NCBI GenBank assembly: GCA_900549535.1
Contig: UROR01000001.1
Coordinates: forward strand, 1-43,470
Reading direction: 5' to 3'
Source: an uncultured Collinsella sp.
GTDB lineage: Bacteria; Actinomycetota; Coriobacteriia; Coriobacteriales; Coriobacteriaceae
DNA length: 43,470 nucleotides
The position numbers and the translations under genes are program-made. The notes below the pieces were generated by a model, which saw only the letters and a program-made list of their open reading frames with translations, was not told where the DNA came from and did not search any database. Shown piece after piece: positions 21,467 to 31,300 of this stretch (positions within the stretch are counted from its first letter, which is position 1; the number at the start of each line of letters is the position of its first letter).

Positions 21467-21566
21467 TTCTGTCATCCGATCGGGTGGAATCGCTAACTTG
21501 CATGCGAAGGTGTGCGAATCCGCGAGCAGGGGAATAAGGTTGGTTATCCGACCCATTGGAGGGCTC

Positions 21567-22604
21567 ATGGACCTGCCGATCGTCCTGTCCCATAAGACTG
21601 CCTGGCTGTACCACAACGTGGTGCGCCCGTCCGAGCCGCTTTCGCGAGCAAGCGTCCTATACGATGAGGACTCGATTGCCGACGAGGCGGAGCCGACTGC
21701 GGGCCTGCCCAAATTGGGACTCGATGCCAAGGGACTGAGAATATCTGCGGCGTCTGAGATTGTTACCGACTACCTGGTCTCACTTGGCATTCCGCATGAG
21801 GAGCTTGATCGTATTGACACGCTGGTTGGCTTCGATTTTGAACGCTCTCAGCCGGCGGGTCTCCGACGCCATGTGTTTGGGGCACCCATACCCTCGGAGC
21901 ATCTTATCGAGGTGGCAGAAGGCCTTCTGGTGGTTGATGAGGCCATGTGCTTCGTACAGGCGGGTTCGTGGATGAGTGAGCCCGAGCAGCTGGAATATGG
22001 GTTTGAAATCTGCGCCCGATACCATTTGAATCATCTGTCGACAGGCGATTATATCGAGATGAGGCAGAGGTATACCGTTGCCGATTTAATTGCCTATTGC
22101 AATGAGAACCGATCTCGTCAGGGGACTATACGTGCGGCCGCCGTGCTCAAGCGCGTGCACGATGGCGCGCGGTCGCCCATGGAGACGGCCGCCGCAATCA
22201 TGGTCGTAGCAAAACGTTCCCAGGGCGGGCTGGGATACGTCAAGATCGAGCTCAACCATCGGGTCGATGTTCCCAACGAGTTCAAGTATCTCGCAAAGGC
22301 CGGGTATTTCGAAATCGACGTATATGCGCCTGCGAGCGGTACGGGGATTGAATACAACGGCTCGGACCATCTTGATAAACAGCGCAGCGCGTCGGATGCG
22401 GAGCGTATGACCGTGCTGAGCGCGCTGGGCTTTAGAATGATCGTCCTCACCGGGACTCAGTTTGCCCACCAGCTGCAATTGCACCGGGCGACGAACGCCA
22501 TCGCACTCGCTATGGGTCTTAAGTGCGACCGAAGCGAAGCGTTCCAGAAACGTCAAAACGACCTGCGAGAATTCGTGATTCGGCACTGGGACGGCGGCAT
22601 TTAG
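21567..22604 (+). CDS. Hypothetical protein with C-terminal DUF559/Vsr-like (restriction-endonuclease-fold) domain
   Basis: ARSPMET, EIDVY...GIEYNGSDH and D.ERM..L..LGFRMI.LT motifs resemble AbiEi/DUF559-type proteins; RBS GGAGGG before ATG 21567. Confidence 0.65.
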   Translation: MDLPIVLSHKTAWLYHNVVRPSEPLSRASVLYDEDSIADEAEPTAGLPKLGLDAKGLRISAASEIVTDYLVSLGIPHEELDRIDTLVGFDFERSQPAGLRRHVFGAPIPSEHLIEVAEGLLVVDEAMCFVQAGSWMSEPEQLEYGFEICARYHLNHLSTGDYIEMRQRYTVADLIAYCNENRSRQGTIRAAAVLKRVHDGARSPMETAAAIMVVAKRSQGGLGYVKIELNHRVDVPNEFKYLAKAGYFEIDVYAPASGTGIEYNGSDHLDKQRSASDAERMTVLSALGFRMIVLTGTQFAHQLQLHRATNAIALAMGLKCDRSEAFQKRQNDLREFVIRHWDGGI

Positions 22605-22642
22605 GGGCGTTTTGGTCCTTCTACGGGGTGCTGTGGGCAGGC

Positions 22643-22707
22643 AAACCATCACAACATTCGACGTTTTTTGCCAAAAACGGAAAAAGCATCGATTGTTGTG
22701 ATGGTCT
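22643..22707. repeat. 65-bp palindrome (family B, copy 2)
   Basis: AAACCATCACAACATTCGA ... TCGATTGTTGTGATGGTCT. Confidence 0.9.
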
Positions 22708-22839
22708 GTGTGTTGAGGATGGGCTCGGGAAGCCGGTCTTGCTCGAAGCGACCTGTCCTGTCGTACGGGTGTCGGCATGAATCTCTCGTGGGGTATTATG
22801 TTTTCCGAAGAATAAAACGCCGCGTGAGGGGAGGGCTGC

Positions 22840-23895
22840 GTGGACGGGCGCGTGCAACATGACGGTTTTGGCCGTGATATCAACTACCTGCGCATTGCCG
22901 TTACCGACAAGTGCAATTTCCGCTGCATCTATTGCATGCCAGCCGACGGCGTGGCACCCCGCGCGCACGACGAGCTGCTCAGCGCCGAGGAAATCGCCCG
23001 CTTTGTGCGCTTGGTAGCGGGGGAAGGCATTCGCCGCGTGCGTCTGACGGGTGGCGAGCCGCTGGTCAGCCGCCGTATCATCCCGCTCATTCGTGACATC
23101 CGCGCGATTCCGCAGATCGAGGACATCTCGCTCACCACCAATGGCGCCCTGCTACCCAAGCTGGCGCCGCAGCTCAAAGATGCCGGGCTTAACCGCGTCA
23201 ACATCTCGCTCGACACGCTCGACCCCTCGCTGTTTGGAAAGATCACGCGCCTGGGTCGGCTCGAGCAGACCATGGCCGGCATCGATGCGGCGCTGGCTTG
23301 GGGCTTTGAGCCCGTTAAGGTGAACTGCGTTGTTGTGCGCCGGCTTAACCAGGATGTAGCTGCCCTCGCGCGCCTGACGGTCGATCGCCCTATCCACCTG
23401 CGGTTTATCGAATACATGCCCATCGGCGACGAGCACACGAGCTCGCATTGTGCCGTAGACCCTCACGCGCCCACACTCAATCCCGAGCTGTGGGACGCAA
23501 GCGACACCGTGCCGAGTGACGAGCTGCGAGCGCGCATCAATGCCGGGGCCGCTGCGGTGGGGCTGGGCGAGCTCGAACCGCTTAAGATCACCGACGCTCC
23601 TGCCGGCGCGGGCCCCGCGCGCTATTGGCACTTTCCGGGCGCGGCGGGAACGGTCGGCTTTATTAGCGCCATGTCCAACCATTTTTGCGCAAATTGCAAC
23701 CGTCTGCGCCTGACGGCCGATGGCAACGTGCGTCCGTGCCTGTTCAGCGATGCCGAGTATTCGGTGCGTGAGGCGCTGCGCCGTGGTGATGATATGCAGG
23801 TACTTTCGATTTGGCGCGATGCCGTGGCCCACAAACCGCAGGAACACGCGATAATTGAGGGCACGCAACGATTTATGTCCCAAATCGGAGGATGA
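22840..23895 (+). CDS. moaA: GTP 3',8-cyclase (radical SAM)
   Basis: YLRIAVTDKCNFRCIYC, RLTGGEP, FCANCNRLRLTADG..RPCL, C-terminal MSQIGG. Confidence 0.96.
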   Translation: MDGRVQHDGFGRDINYLRIAVTDKCNFRCIYCMPADGVAPRAHDELLSAEEIARFVRLVAGEGIRRVRLTGGEPLVSRRIIPLIRDIRAIPQIEDISLTTNGALLPKLAPQLKDAGLNRVNISLDTLDPSLFGKITRLGRLEQTMAGIDAALAWGFEPVKVNCVVVRRLNQDVAALARLTVDRPIHLRFIEYMPIGDEHTSSHCAVDPHAPTLNPELWDASDTVPSDELRARINAGAAAVGLGELEPLKITDAPAGAGPARYWHFPGAAGTVGFISAMSNHFCANCNRLRLTADGNVRPCLFSDAEYSVREALRRGDDMQVLSIWRDAVAHKPQEHAIIEGTQRFMSQIGG

Positions 23896-23899
23896 TCAT

Positions 23900-25174
23900 A
23901 TGGCCAAGAGCAGGTACGCCGATGCCACCAAGGCCGCTCGCAGGGCCGCGATGTCTGCCCACAAAGCCACGGCTACTGACAGCGACGCCGTCGCAGCCGC
24001 GCAGCCGACTGCCAACACTGCTGTCGAGCCCGCCCGTGACGCCCGTCGCGACGAGCTGACGCATGTGGACGCCAAGGGCGAGGTACGCATGGTCGACGTG
24101 TCCGACAAGGCCGAGACCCATCGCATCGCCATCGCCGAGGGCACCATCCTCATGCACCCCGAGACGCAGGCCATGGTGCTGCAGGATCGCGCAAAAAAGG
24201 GCGACGTGCTTGCCTGCGCGCGCGTGGCGGGCATCATGGCCATCAAGCGCACGAGCGACATCATTCCTATGTGCCATCCGCTGCTCATTACCAAGAGCAA
24301 GTGCGACATTGCGCCCATCGCTCCGGCGGGGATGCCTGTCGATGACATGCCCGAGGGCTGGGCGCCGGCGCGCGCGGACGGGCAGGTTGGCTTTCACGTG
24401 CTGGTCACGGCGGGCGTGACGGGCAAGACCGGCATTGAGATGGAGGCGCTGACCGGCGCGAGTGCTGCGTGCTTAACGATCTATGACATGTGCAAGGCGG
24501 TCGATCGCGGCATGGAGATCGTCGACGTGCGCCTGCTGCACAAGGAAGGCGGCCGCTCGGGCGTGTGGGATCGTGCCGAGCGTCAGGCCGCTGCTGTTGA
24601 GTCCGTGGGAGCCGCGGGCGCCGCGCCCGCAGCTCTGGCACCGGCCGTCCCCGCGATCGCGTTTATCGGCTACCAAAACTCAGGCAAGACCACGCTTGTC
24701 GAGAAGGTTATCGCCGAGCTCACTCGCCGCGGCCTGCGCGTGGGTTCGCTCAAGCATCATGGGCATCATGGCTTCGATATCGATGTGCCCGCTAAGGATA
24801 CGTGGCGCCATCACCAGGCCGGATCCAAGCACGTGGGACTTATCTGCGCCACGCGCTGGGCGGAGTACGCCGACACGCGCGAGGAGGACGAGATGCCCGC
24901 GCGTGAGCTGCTGTCGCGCTACAGCGATGTTGACGTGGTGATCATCGAGGGCTACAAGACCGAGGGCTTCGACAACATCGTGGTCGCGCGCTCCGGTGTC
25001 GACCGTCTGCGCGGCAAGAGCTCGCTCGACCTGGTCGACGGTCACACGCTGGCCCTTGCCTGCAATGAGGCCCTGGCACGCCAGGCCTTCGATGCCGGCT
25101 TTGCGACCCGAGCCATCAACATCAACGACGCCCGAGCCATCTGCGACCTCATCCAAGATCACCTTCAGGCTTGA
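23900..25174 (+). CDS. moaC: MoaC (cPMP synthase) fused to C-terminal MobB-like NTPase
   Basis: LTHVD..G.VRMVDVS, IPMCHPL, TGIEMEAL, IYDMCKAVD; then GYQNSGKTT, LKHHGHHGFDID..KDTWRH, IIEGYK. Confidence 0.9.
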   Translation: MAKSRYADATKAARRAAMSAHKATATDSDAVAAAQPTANTAVEPARDARRDELTHVDAKGEVRMVDVSDKAETHRIAIAEGTILMHPETQAMVLQDRAKKGDVLACARVAGIMAIKRTSDIIPMCHPLLITKSKCDIAPIAPAGMPVDDMPEGWAPARADGQVGFHVLVTAGVTGKTGIEMEALTGASAACLTIYDMCKAVDRGMEIVDVRLLHKEGGRSGVWDRAERQAAAVESVGAAGAAPAALAPAVPAIAFIGYQNSGKTTLVEKVIAELTRRGLRVGSLKHHGHHGFDIDVPAKDTWRHHQAGSKHVGLICATRWAEYADTREEDEMPARELLSRYSDVDVVIIEGYKTEGFDNIVVARSGVDRLRGKSSLDLVDGHTLALACNEALARQAFDAGFATRAININDARAICDLIQDHLQA

Positions 25175-25353
25175 CGCTGCGCCGGCCCCAAGCACCCCGT
25201 CTCGCCCCTCAAGCCGTCGCTCGCGTACCAAAGTACGCGTCGCTCCTCTTTCGGGGCGACCTGGGGCACTTGGAACCGGCTCGCTGCGCTGCCATAACAT
25301 GCCAAAAAGGGACAGGATTCTTTTGGCAGGTTTTATCCTGGCAAACGTCATTT

Positions 25354-25386
25354 CCACCACAAAGGGGCCAGGCGCCTTTGTGGTGG
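25354..25386 (+). repeat. 33-bp REP-like palindrome (family A)
   Basis: CCACCACAAAGG-GGCCAGGCG-CCTTTGTGGTGG. Confidence 0.9.
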
Positions 25387-25560
25387 TTTTTGCTTTGGTA
25401 GATGTGTGGGACATGCCTTACAATCTACCAAGTAGTTCATGACGGGCGAAAAACGGAGAGAAGGGGTCTGATGCGTCCTTAATGTTTCATGCGGATTGAT
25501 TGATTCGATAGACGGTGGCGAATGCCCGCCGTCCGCATTCGTATGAAACAAGGAGTTTCC

Positions 25561-26847
25561 ATGCTCGCATCTCTTCTCTCAAAACCTCAACCTTCGCTGT
25601 CCGCGCAGGCTAAACACCTGGTGGCAATGCGCTTTCTCATCTACACCGGTTTTCAAACTAGCTACTTTATCGGCGTTATCGGAACGCTCACCTATGCGGA
25701 CGATGCCTCGGTCGTGGCGACATCGTTGGCCGTTCTGTTTATGAATGTTTTTGTAATCCTGGGATCCTTTGCGGGTGGCGCGGCGCTCGACGCCTGGGGC
25801 CCGCGCCACCATTTCTTGCTGAGCATCGTGGGCACGCTGACAACCGGCGTGGCGATTATTGCCTTTGGCAGCGCGACCGGCATCGTCCTGCTCGGCGCGG
25901 TGCTCCTGGGCTTTGTGATGGGGTTCGCCCAGCCCATCGCCACATCCTATCCGGCTTACCTCACTGACGATCCTGTCGAGCTCAAAGACATCAACTCCGC
26001 CATCGCCATGCTCTCAAACGTGAGTATCATCGTTGGCCCCACGCTGGGCGGCTTTGTCGCGGCAGCTGCGTCGTCGCGCGCGGTGTTCGTGCTCATGATG
26101 ATCTTTACCGTACTGGCGCTCGTCGCCGGTTGGGGCTTTAGGCCGCAAGGAGGTCGCGTCGCCGCGCGCGAAAGTACTCCTGCGGACGGCAGCACAATGG
26201 CAAGTACTGCCAGTCAAAGCTCCGACTCCAGCAAATCCACCCGCGCAACCTTCGCGACCAGCATCAAGACAGTCTTTACCAACAGCGTCCTCGCCCTACT
26301 GTTCTGCATCATCTTTCTTTCGAACTTCGGCTATGGCGCCTTCGATCCGCTAGAGTCGTTCTTCTACCGCGATGTTCTGCACGTCGGTGTCGAATGGATG
26401 GGCTGGCTCTCGTCGGCCAGCGGTGTGGGCGCGGTGCTGGGCGCTGTGGCCGCGCTCCGCTTGCCGCCGCACCTGGTCAACCTTAAGACGCTGCTTGTGG
26501 CGCTCATGTCCGTTGGTCTGGGAAGCCTGCTCTACGTGGGAACGCCGTACGTGGGCGTAGCCCTTGTCGGCCAGCTTGCCCTGGGCGTGGCCTGGGGCGT
26601 CGTCAACCCGCTCCACAACACCATCGTGCAAACGACGGCTCCGCTCGAGCAGCTCGGCCGCGTGAACTCGGTCATGGGCTTTGGCAATATGTTCGCCGGC
26701 GTGGCGCCGCTGGCGGTTGCACCGTGGCTGGCGGCAACATTTGGCGTGCAGCAGACGCTCGTTGGTGCGGGCATGGTCGTGACGGCGGTTCCCGCGGCGC
26801 TGCTGCTGTTTGGCCGCCGGCATTTCGATTGTTCTGCAAGGCAGTAA
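25561..26847 (+). CDS. MFS transporter (macrolide-efflux/DHA3-like)
   Basis: Multi-TM hydrophobic pattern, IVGPTLGG and EQLGRVNS motifs; RBS AAGGAG. Confidence 0.85.
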   Translation: MLASLLSKPQPSLSAQAKHLVAMRFLIYTGFQTSYFIGVIGTLTYADDASVVATSLAVLFMNVFVILGSFAGGAALDAWGPRHHFLLSIVGTLTTGVAIIAFGSATGIVLLGAVLLGFVMGFAQPIATSYPAYLTDDPVELKDINSAIAMLSNVSIIVGPTLGGFVAAAASSRAVFVLMMIFTVLALVAGWGFRPQGGRVAARESTPADGSTMASTASQSSDSSKSTRATFATSIKTVFTNSVLALLFCIIFLSNFGYGAFDPLESFFYRDVLHVGVEWMGWLSSASGVGAVLGAVAALRLPPHLVNLKTLLVALMSVGLGSLLYVGTPYVGVALVGQLALGVAWGVVNPLHNTIVQTTAPLEQLGRVNSVMGFGNMFAGVAPLAVAPWLAATFGVQQTLVGAGMVVTAVPAALLLFGRRHFDCSARQ

Positions 26848-26911
26848 AACCATCACAACATTCAGCGAAAATCGCGATTTTGCCGAAAAACGTCGAATGT
26901 TGTGATGGTTT
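26847..26911. repeat. 65-bp palindrome (family B, solo copy 3)
   Basis: AAACCATCACAACATTC ... GAATGTTGTGATGGTTT. Confidence 0.9.
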
Positions 26912-26943
26912 GCGCCCCGGGCCAGGCCACCCTTCGGGTCCGG

Positions 26944-26976
26944 GCACCACAAAGGGGCCAGGCACCTTTGTGGTGG
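26944..26976 (+). repeat. 33-bp REP-like palindrome (family A)
   Basis: (G)CACCACAAAGG-GGCCAGGCA-CCTTTGTGGTGG. Confidence 0.9.
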
Positions 26977-27070
26977 TTTTTGCTTTGACGGGCCGCGCCT
27001 GCGCCTTGATATACCATGTACACCATTTCCGACCACATTCAGCACCGCCGCACAACCTAGAAAGGCCCCC

Positions 27071-27892
27071 ATGGACGCCACCTTCAGCCACATTAAAGCC
27101 GTACTCTGCGATATCGACGGTACGCTGCTCACGAGCCAGCACACGGTGTCCCCGCGCACCGTGGCGGCGATCCGCGCCCTGCGCGAGCGCGGCGTGCTCT
27201 TTGGCCTGTGTACCGGGCGCGACGCCCGCGCGACCGAGGCCATGTACGAGCTCTGGGGCATCGAAGGCCTGGTGGACGTGCTCGTGGGCTGCGGTGGCGC
27301 CGAGGTCATCGACCGCGCGCACGACATCAACGAGCTGAGCTATCCGCTGCCAGGCGAGACTATCGCGCGCATCTGCAAGCACATGGCGGACCTTCCGGCA
27401 ACGCCCGTCTGCCCCCGAGACGGCGTGTTCTACGTTCCCGAGAGCAACGCGTGCGTCGAGCATCTATCGCGTGTCGACGGCGTACCCTACAAGGTAGTCG
27501 ATTTTGCCGAGTTCTTGCGCGAACCGCAGCCCAAGGTGATGTTTACCATGGCGCCCGAGGTAATGCCGCGGGTGATTGAGCGGGCGTCGACGTTTGCCGA
27601 TGACACTGTTAAGGCGGCGGCTCTGCAAACCACGCAGCGGCTCTACGAGTTCATGGATCCGCGCGTGTCCAAGACGCGCGGCCTTGTGTGCGTGGCGGAA
27701 CTCAACGACATGGAGCTCCAGGACATCTGCGTGTTTGGCGACGCGGATAACGACACCTGCATGGTGACCGACGCCGGCGTGGGCGTGGCCATGGCAAACG
27801 GCAGCGATGCCACCCGCGCCGCTGCCGACTTTGTAACCGCCAGCAACGACGAAGACGGCATCGCGATCTTTATCGAGGAACATCTGCTGTAG
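27071..27892 (+). CDS. Cof-type HAD-IIB hydrolase
   Basis: DIDGTLL, CTGR, VSK..G, FGDADND..M, VAMANG, NDEDGIA motifs. Confidence 0.93.
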   Translation: MDATFSHIKAVLCDIDGTLLTSQHTVSPRTVAAIRALRERGVLFGLCTGRDARATEAMYELWGIEGLVDVLVGCGGAEVIDRAHDINELSYPLPGETIARICKHMADLPATPVCPRDGVFYVPESNACVEHLSRVDGVPYKVVDFAEFLREPQPKVMFTMAPEVMPRVIERASTFADDTVKAAALQTTQRLYEFMDPRVSKTRGLVCVAELNDMELQDICVFGDADNDTCMVTDAGVGVAMANGSDATRAAADFVTASNDEDGIAIFIEEHLL

Positions 27893-27904
27893 CGCCGGGG
27901 GGGA

Positions 27905-27937
27905 CCACCGCAAAGGGGGCAGGCTCCTTTGCGGTGG
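27905..27937 (+). repeat. 33-bp REP-like palindrome (family A)
   Basis: CCACCGCAAAGG-GGGCAGGCT-CCTTTGCGGTGG. Confidence 0.85.
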
Positions 27938-28395
27938 CCTCAGGCGATTTGGGCGAATTGATGCCTAAAAACTGCGCGAAAATTCAAATAACGTTGTCTG
28001 AACATCATGCTTCTAACCACCGATGAGTTAAAGATATTCCCATCAATTTGGTAGTCTATTCCTCCCGGTTAATGATCTACCGTTCACGGTCGATTTTCGA
28101 CCGTTCACAGGATGTTTACTCTTGAGCAAAATGTTGTGCAAATAAATAAAATGCTATTAAAAAATGATAGGCAACTAAATTACCAGCAGAAATAAAAACT
28201 AAAAAACGAATAAACGAAAGCAAATCTGAGTAAATGTCAAGAGAATTGAGAATTCGCTACAAAACTATCGGTATTTTTGCTTAGATGTTCAAACAATCGT
28301 TACAATATGTACTCCAAGCGTGCGCAATTACAGATTGCGCAGATACGTTTGATAGTGAAAGAGCAGGATCGCGGTCTCTTGGGGAGGAGGCATCG

Positions 28396-31300
28396 ATGAC
28401 AGCAAATTCAAATAAATCTAAGCAAGGTAATAAAGCGGCGCATCGTGTGATAGCGGGTGTTATGTGCGGAGCTTCTGTCTTGAGCTTGGTACTGTCGCTC
28501 GTCATGCCCCCGATCTCCCAGGCCATTGCCAATGATGCCCAGGCAGCTCCTACCGAGGAACCTGTAATGGGGGGGGGTTCCTCAAGTGAGTCTACTGATG
28601 TAGACAACACTACCAACGGGGATACCGAAAACCAGAATAGTGACGAGACCGAGGGCGGCGAGGCCGACTCTTCAAATGGTGTTGAGCAAGGTCAGTCTGA
28701 GGATCAGCCTGAGGGCGAGTTGCAGGTCGAAGACGGCGAGTCGTCCGATGACGGCGCCGTTATGGCAGCTGCGGAAGGTGGACAGACCAAAGCGGCGTCC
28801 GACGAGATAAAAAACGTTGACGATTTAAAAACCAAGTTGGCGAATGCAAGCGGTGTTGCTAGCTTCAAGCTTATGAATGATGTCGAGACCAGCGAGATGA
28901 TCACGCTCGGCAACGGCAGCAATATCACGCTGAATCTAAACGGCCATAAGATTAAATATACGAATCAGAGCCAGTCCCTGTTTAACATCACCGGTGGCGC
29001 GACACTTACAATTAAGGATTTAATTAAGGATTCTGATTTTAAGGATTCTGATCCTGAGAAAGAGAGTGAAGAGGTCTCCGAAGTCAAGAAGCTAAATAAT
29101 CAGGGCCAGAACTTTAATCCCGACAATTATGGTAAAGCAGCAGAGTTTGTTTACAACGATGACATTCCGTCTAGCCTTACCTACTACGTGACCGAATCGT
29201 CCCCGAGTACAGCAGACATAACCAAGACAACCGAAACGCTTTTCAAATATAGCGTCAATATTTATGGTGCCATCGTGGCGTGCAACAGCAGAGTGAGTCT
29301 CATCAAACTCAATGATAAGGACTGTACGTTTAACCTTCAGGGTGGCGTGCTTACTCAAAAGAACAATTGCAACGTTGATGGCCTTATCTATGCCCAGAAC
29401 GGCTCTGTCAACATGAGTGGCGGATACGTTTGTGGTGCTTCTATGGGCCGCAATGGTGCTGGTGCTGGAATTCATGTTGAGAACTCAACCCTGGAGATCT
29501 CTGGCGGCGTAATCGCTGGTAACTATGCCCCCAGTGGCGGCGGCGTTTATGCCATGAATTCTACGGTAAACATGGATGGCGGTATTATCTCCGGCAACGG
29601 TACAAATAAGGATCAACGCGGTTATGGCGCGGGAATTTGTGCTGAGAACTCTAGTGTGACCATTACGAATGGTTACATCACCAATAACAAATATCAGTTC
29701 TACGTGAACGAGGAGTCGGGGTGGAAGCATCTCGGTTTCGGTTGCCATGGCGGTGGCGGTATCGCTGCCTTAAGCAGTGGCGAGGGGCAGACAAACGGTA
29801 GTCTCGCGATTAACGGTGGCTACATCACCGGTAACTATTCTGCCGAGGCTGGTGGCGGTGTTTACGCCGGCGCTTGGAAACGGGCCCTCTCCTCGTTTAC
29901 GTTCTCTGGTGGAACCATAGCTAGCAATGTGGCGCAAAACTCAGAGGGTGGCGGTATCCGCATTGCAGCGCCTACCGTTGGCAAATTTAATGTGAGCGGT
30001 ACGAAAGCCTATATCACCAACAATACGACCAATACCACCAACGACTGGGGCGGCGGTGGCGTATTCGTCCAGGGCAGCAGCGACAACAACGTTCAGCCGG
30101 CAAGCCTCGGGATATATAACGCGCTGATTACCAACAATCATGCCAATGGCTTTGGCGGCGGGTTTGCCGCTTGCCCGACTGGTAAGACTGCCATTACCGA
30201 TACCAATGGCATCGCGATTTTTGGAAATACTGACGAAAAGGGCACTAATCGATCGGGCGGCACTAATGGGAAGAGCGAGGACTGGGATGCCGACCCGAAC
30301 GGCGGCGAAAACGGCGGCGAAATAACCCCAGATTTTATAAATGCCGGCCATGAGGACCTTTTCCTAATTCACGACTCTACCAATTTTGAAACTAATCCGT
30401 ATATCGCTGCCGTAACTGGCCAGATGCTTGGTGGGGGAGCTGCGAATTGGTCGGGCACGATCGACAAAAAAACGCCAACGTCTATCGGCAAGTACGAAGG
30501 CGCTCAGGCTAAGTACAGGATCGGCCTTAAATCTGAGCCGATTCAGGAGGATAAGGATGCTGCTACCGCGGCTGCGACCCTCTACATCTCGGGCAACAAG
30601 TCCAACATCGTCGGCGGCGGCATCATGACCAACGGCGACGTTGTCGCTGGTTCCACCCAAGAAGTCAAGGTTTACCCCAAGATGAAGCTCAATGGCACCA
30701 AGGTGCTGACGGGCCGCGAGCTTAAGAATGAAGAGTTCGAGTTCATGCTGCTCAAGCAGGGTGCGGATAAGAGAGCTCCCTCGTTTGGCAGTGACGGCAC
30801 TCTCCAGCCCAATGGCTGCTCGGTGGTCAATACGGTGAAAAACGACGGTTACGGCAAATTCGCCTTTGACCTGGGTGAAGTTTATGCCGATGACGACCTT
30901 GTTTACTACTTGGTAGAGGTTCCGGGCGCAGACAAGGACGTAATAAATTACGACAATACGATCTACAAGATAGATCCTACGGTTGTGGAGGATACAAGCA
31001 GGACGCACAGTGTGCTTGGCATTACGTACACGTATTACAAAGTCGAGAGCGTTTCGGTTACAAAGGTAAAAAATGACGGCACTGGTGCCAAGGCATCAGA
31101 AACAGAATCAGCAGCCATCGCAGCGGCTGAGGGCGAAAACGCTGCCACCATTACGCTTACCAAGGGTGCAACCTTCACCAACACGTACACCTCCAGCGGC
31201 TCTTGGACACCTCAGGTGATCAAGAAGGTCGATGGCGGCGAGATGAAGGCGTTCACATTCGAACTCGCGAACGAGGACGACCCGAACTTCAAAAAACCAG

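Noticed and set aside
22708..22839. Moco riboswitch upstream of moaA
   Set aside because: I could not identify the conserved Moco/Wco motif elements by eye; an Rfam scan would settle it.
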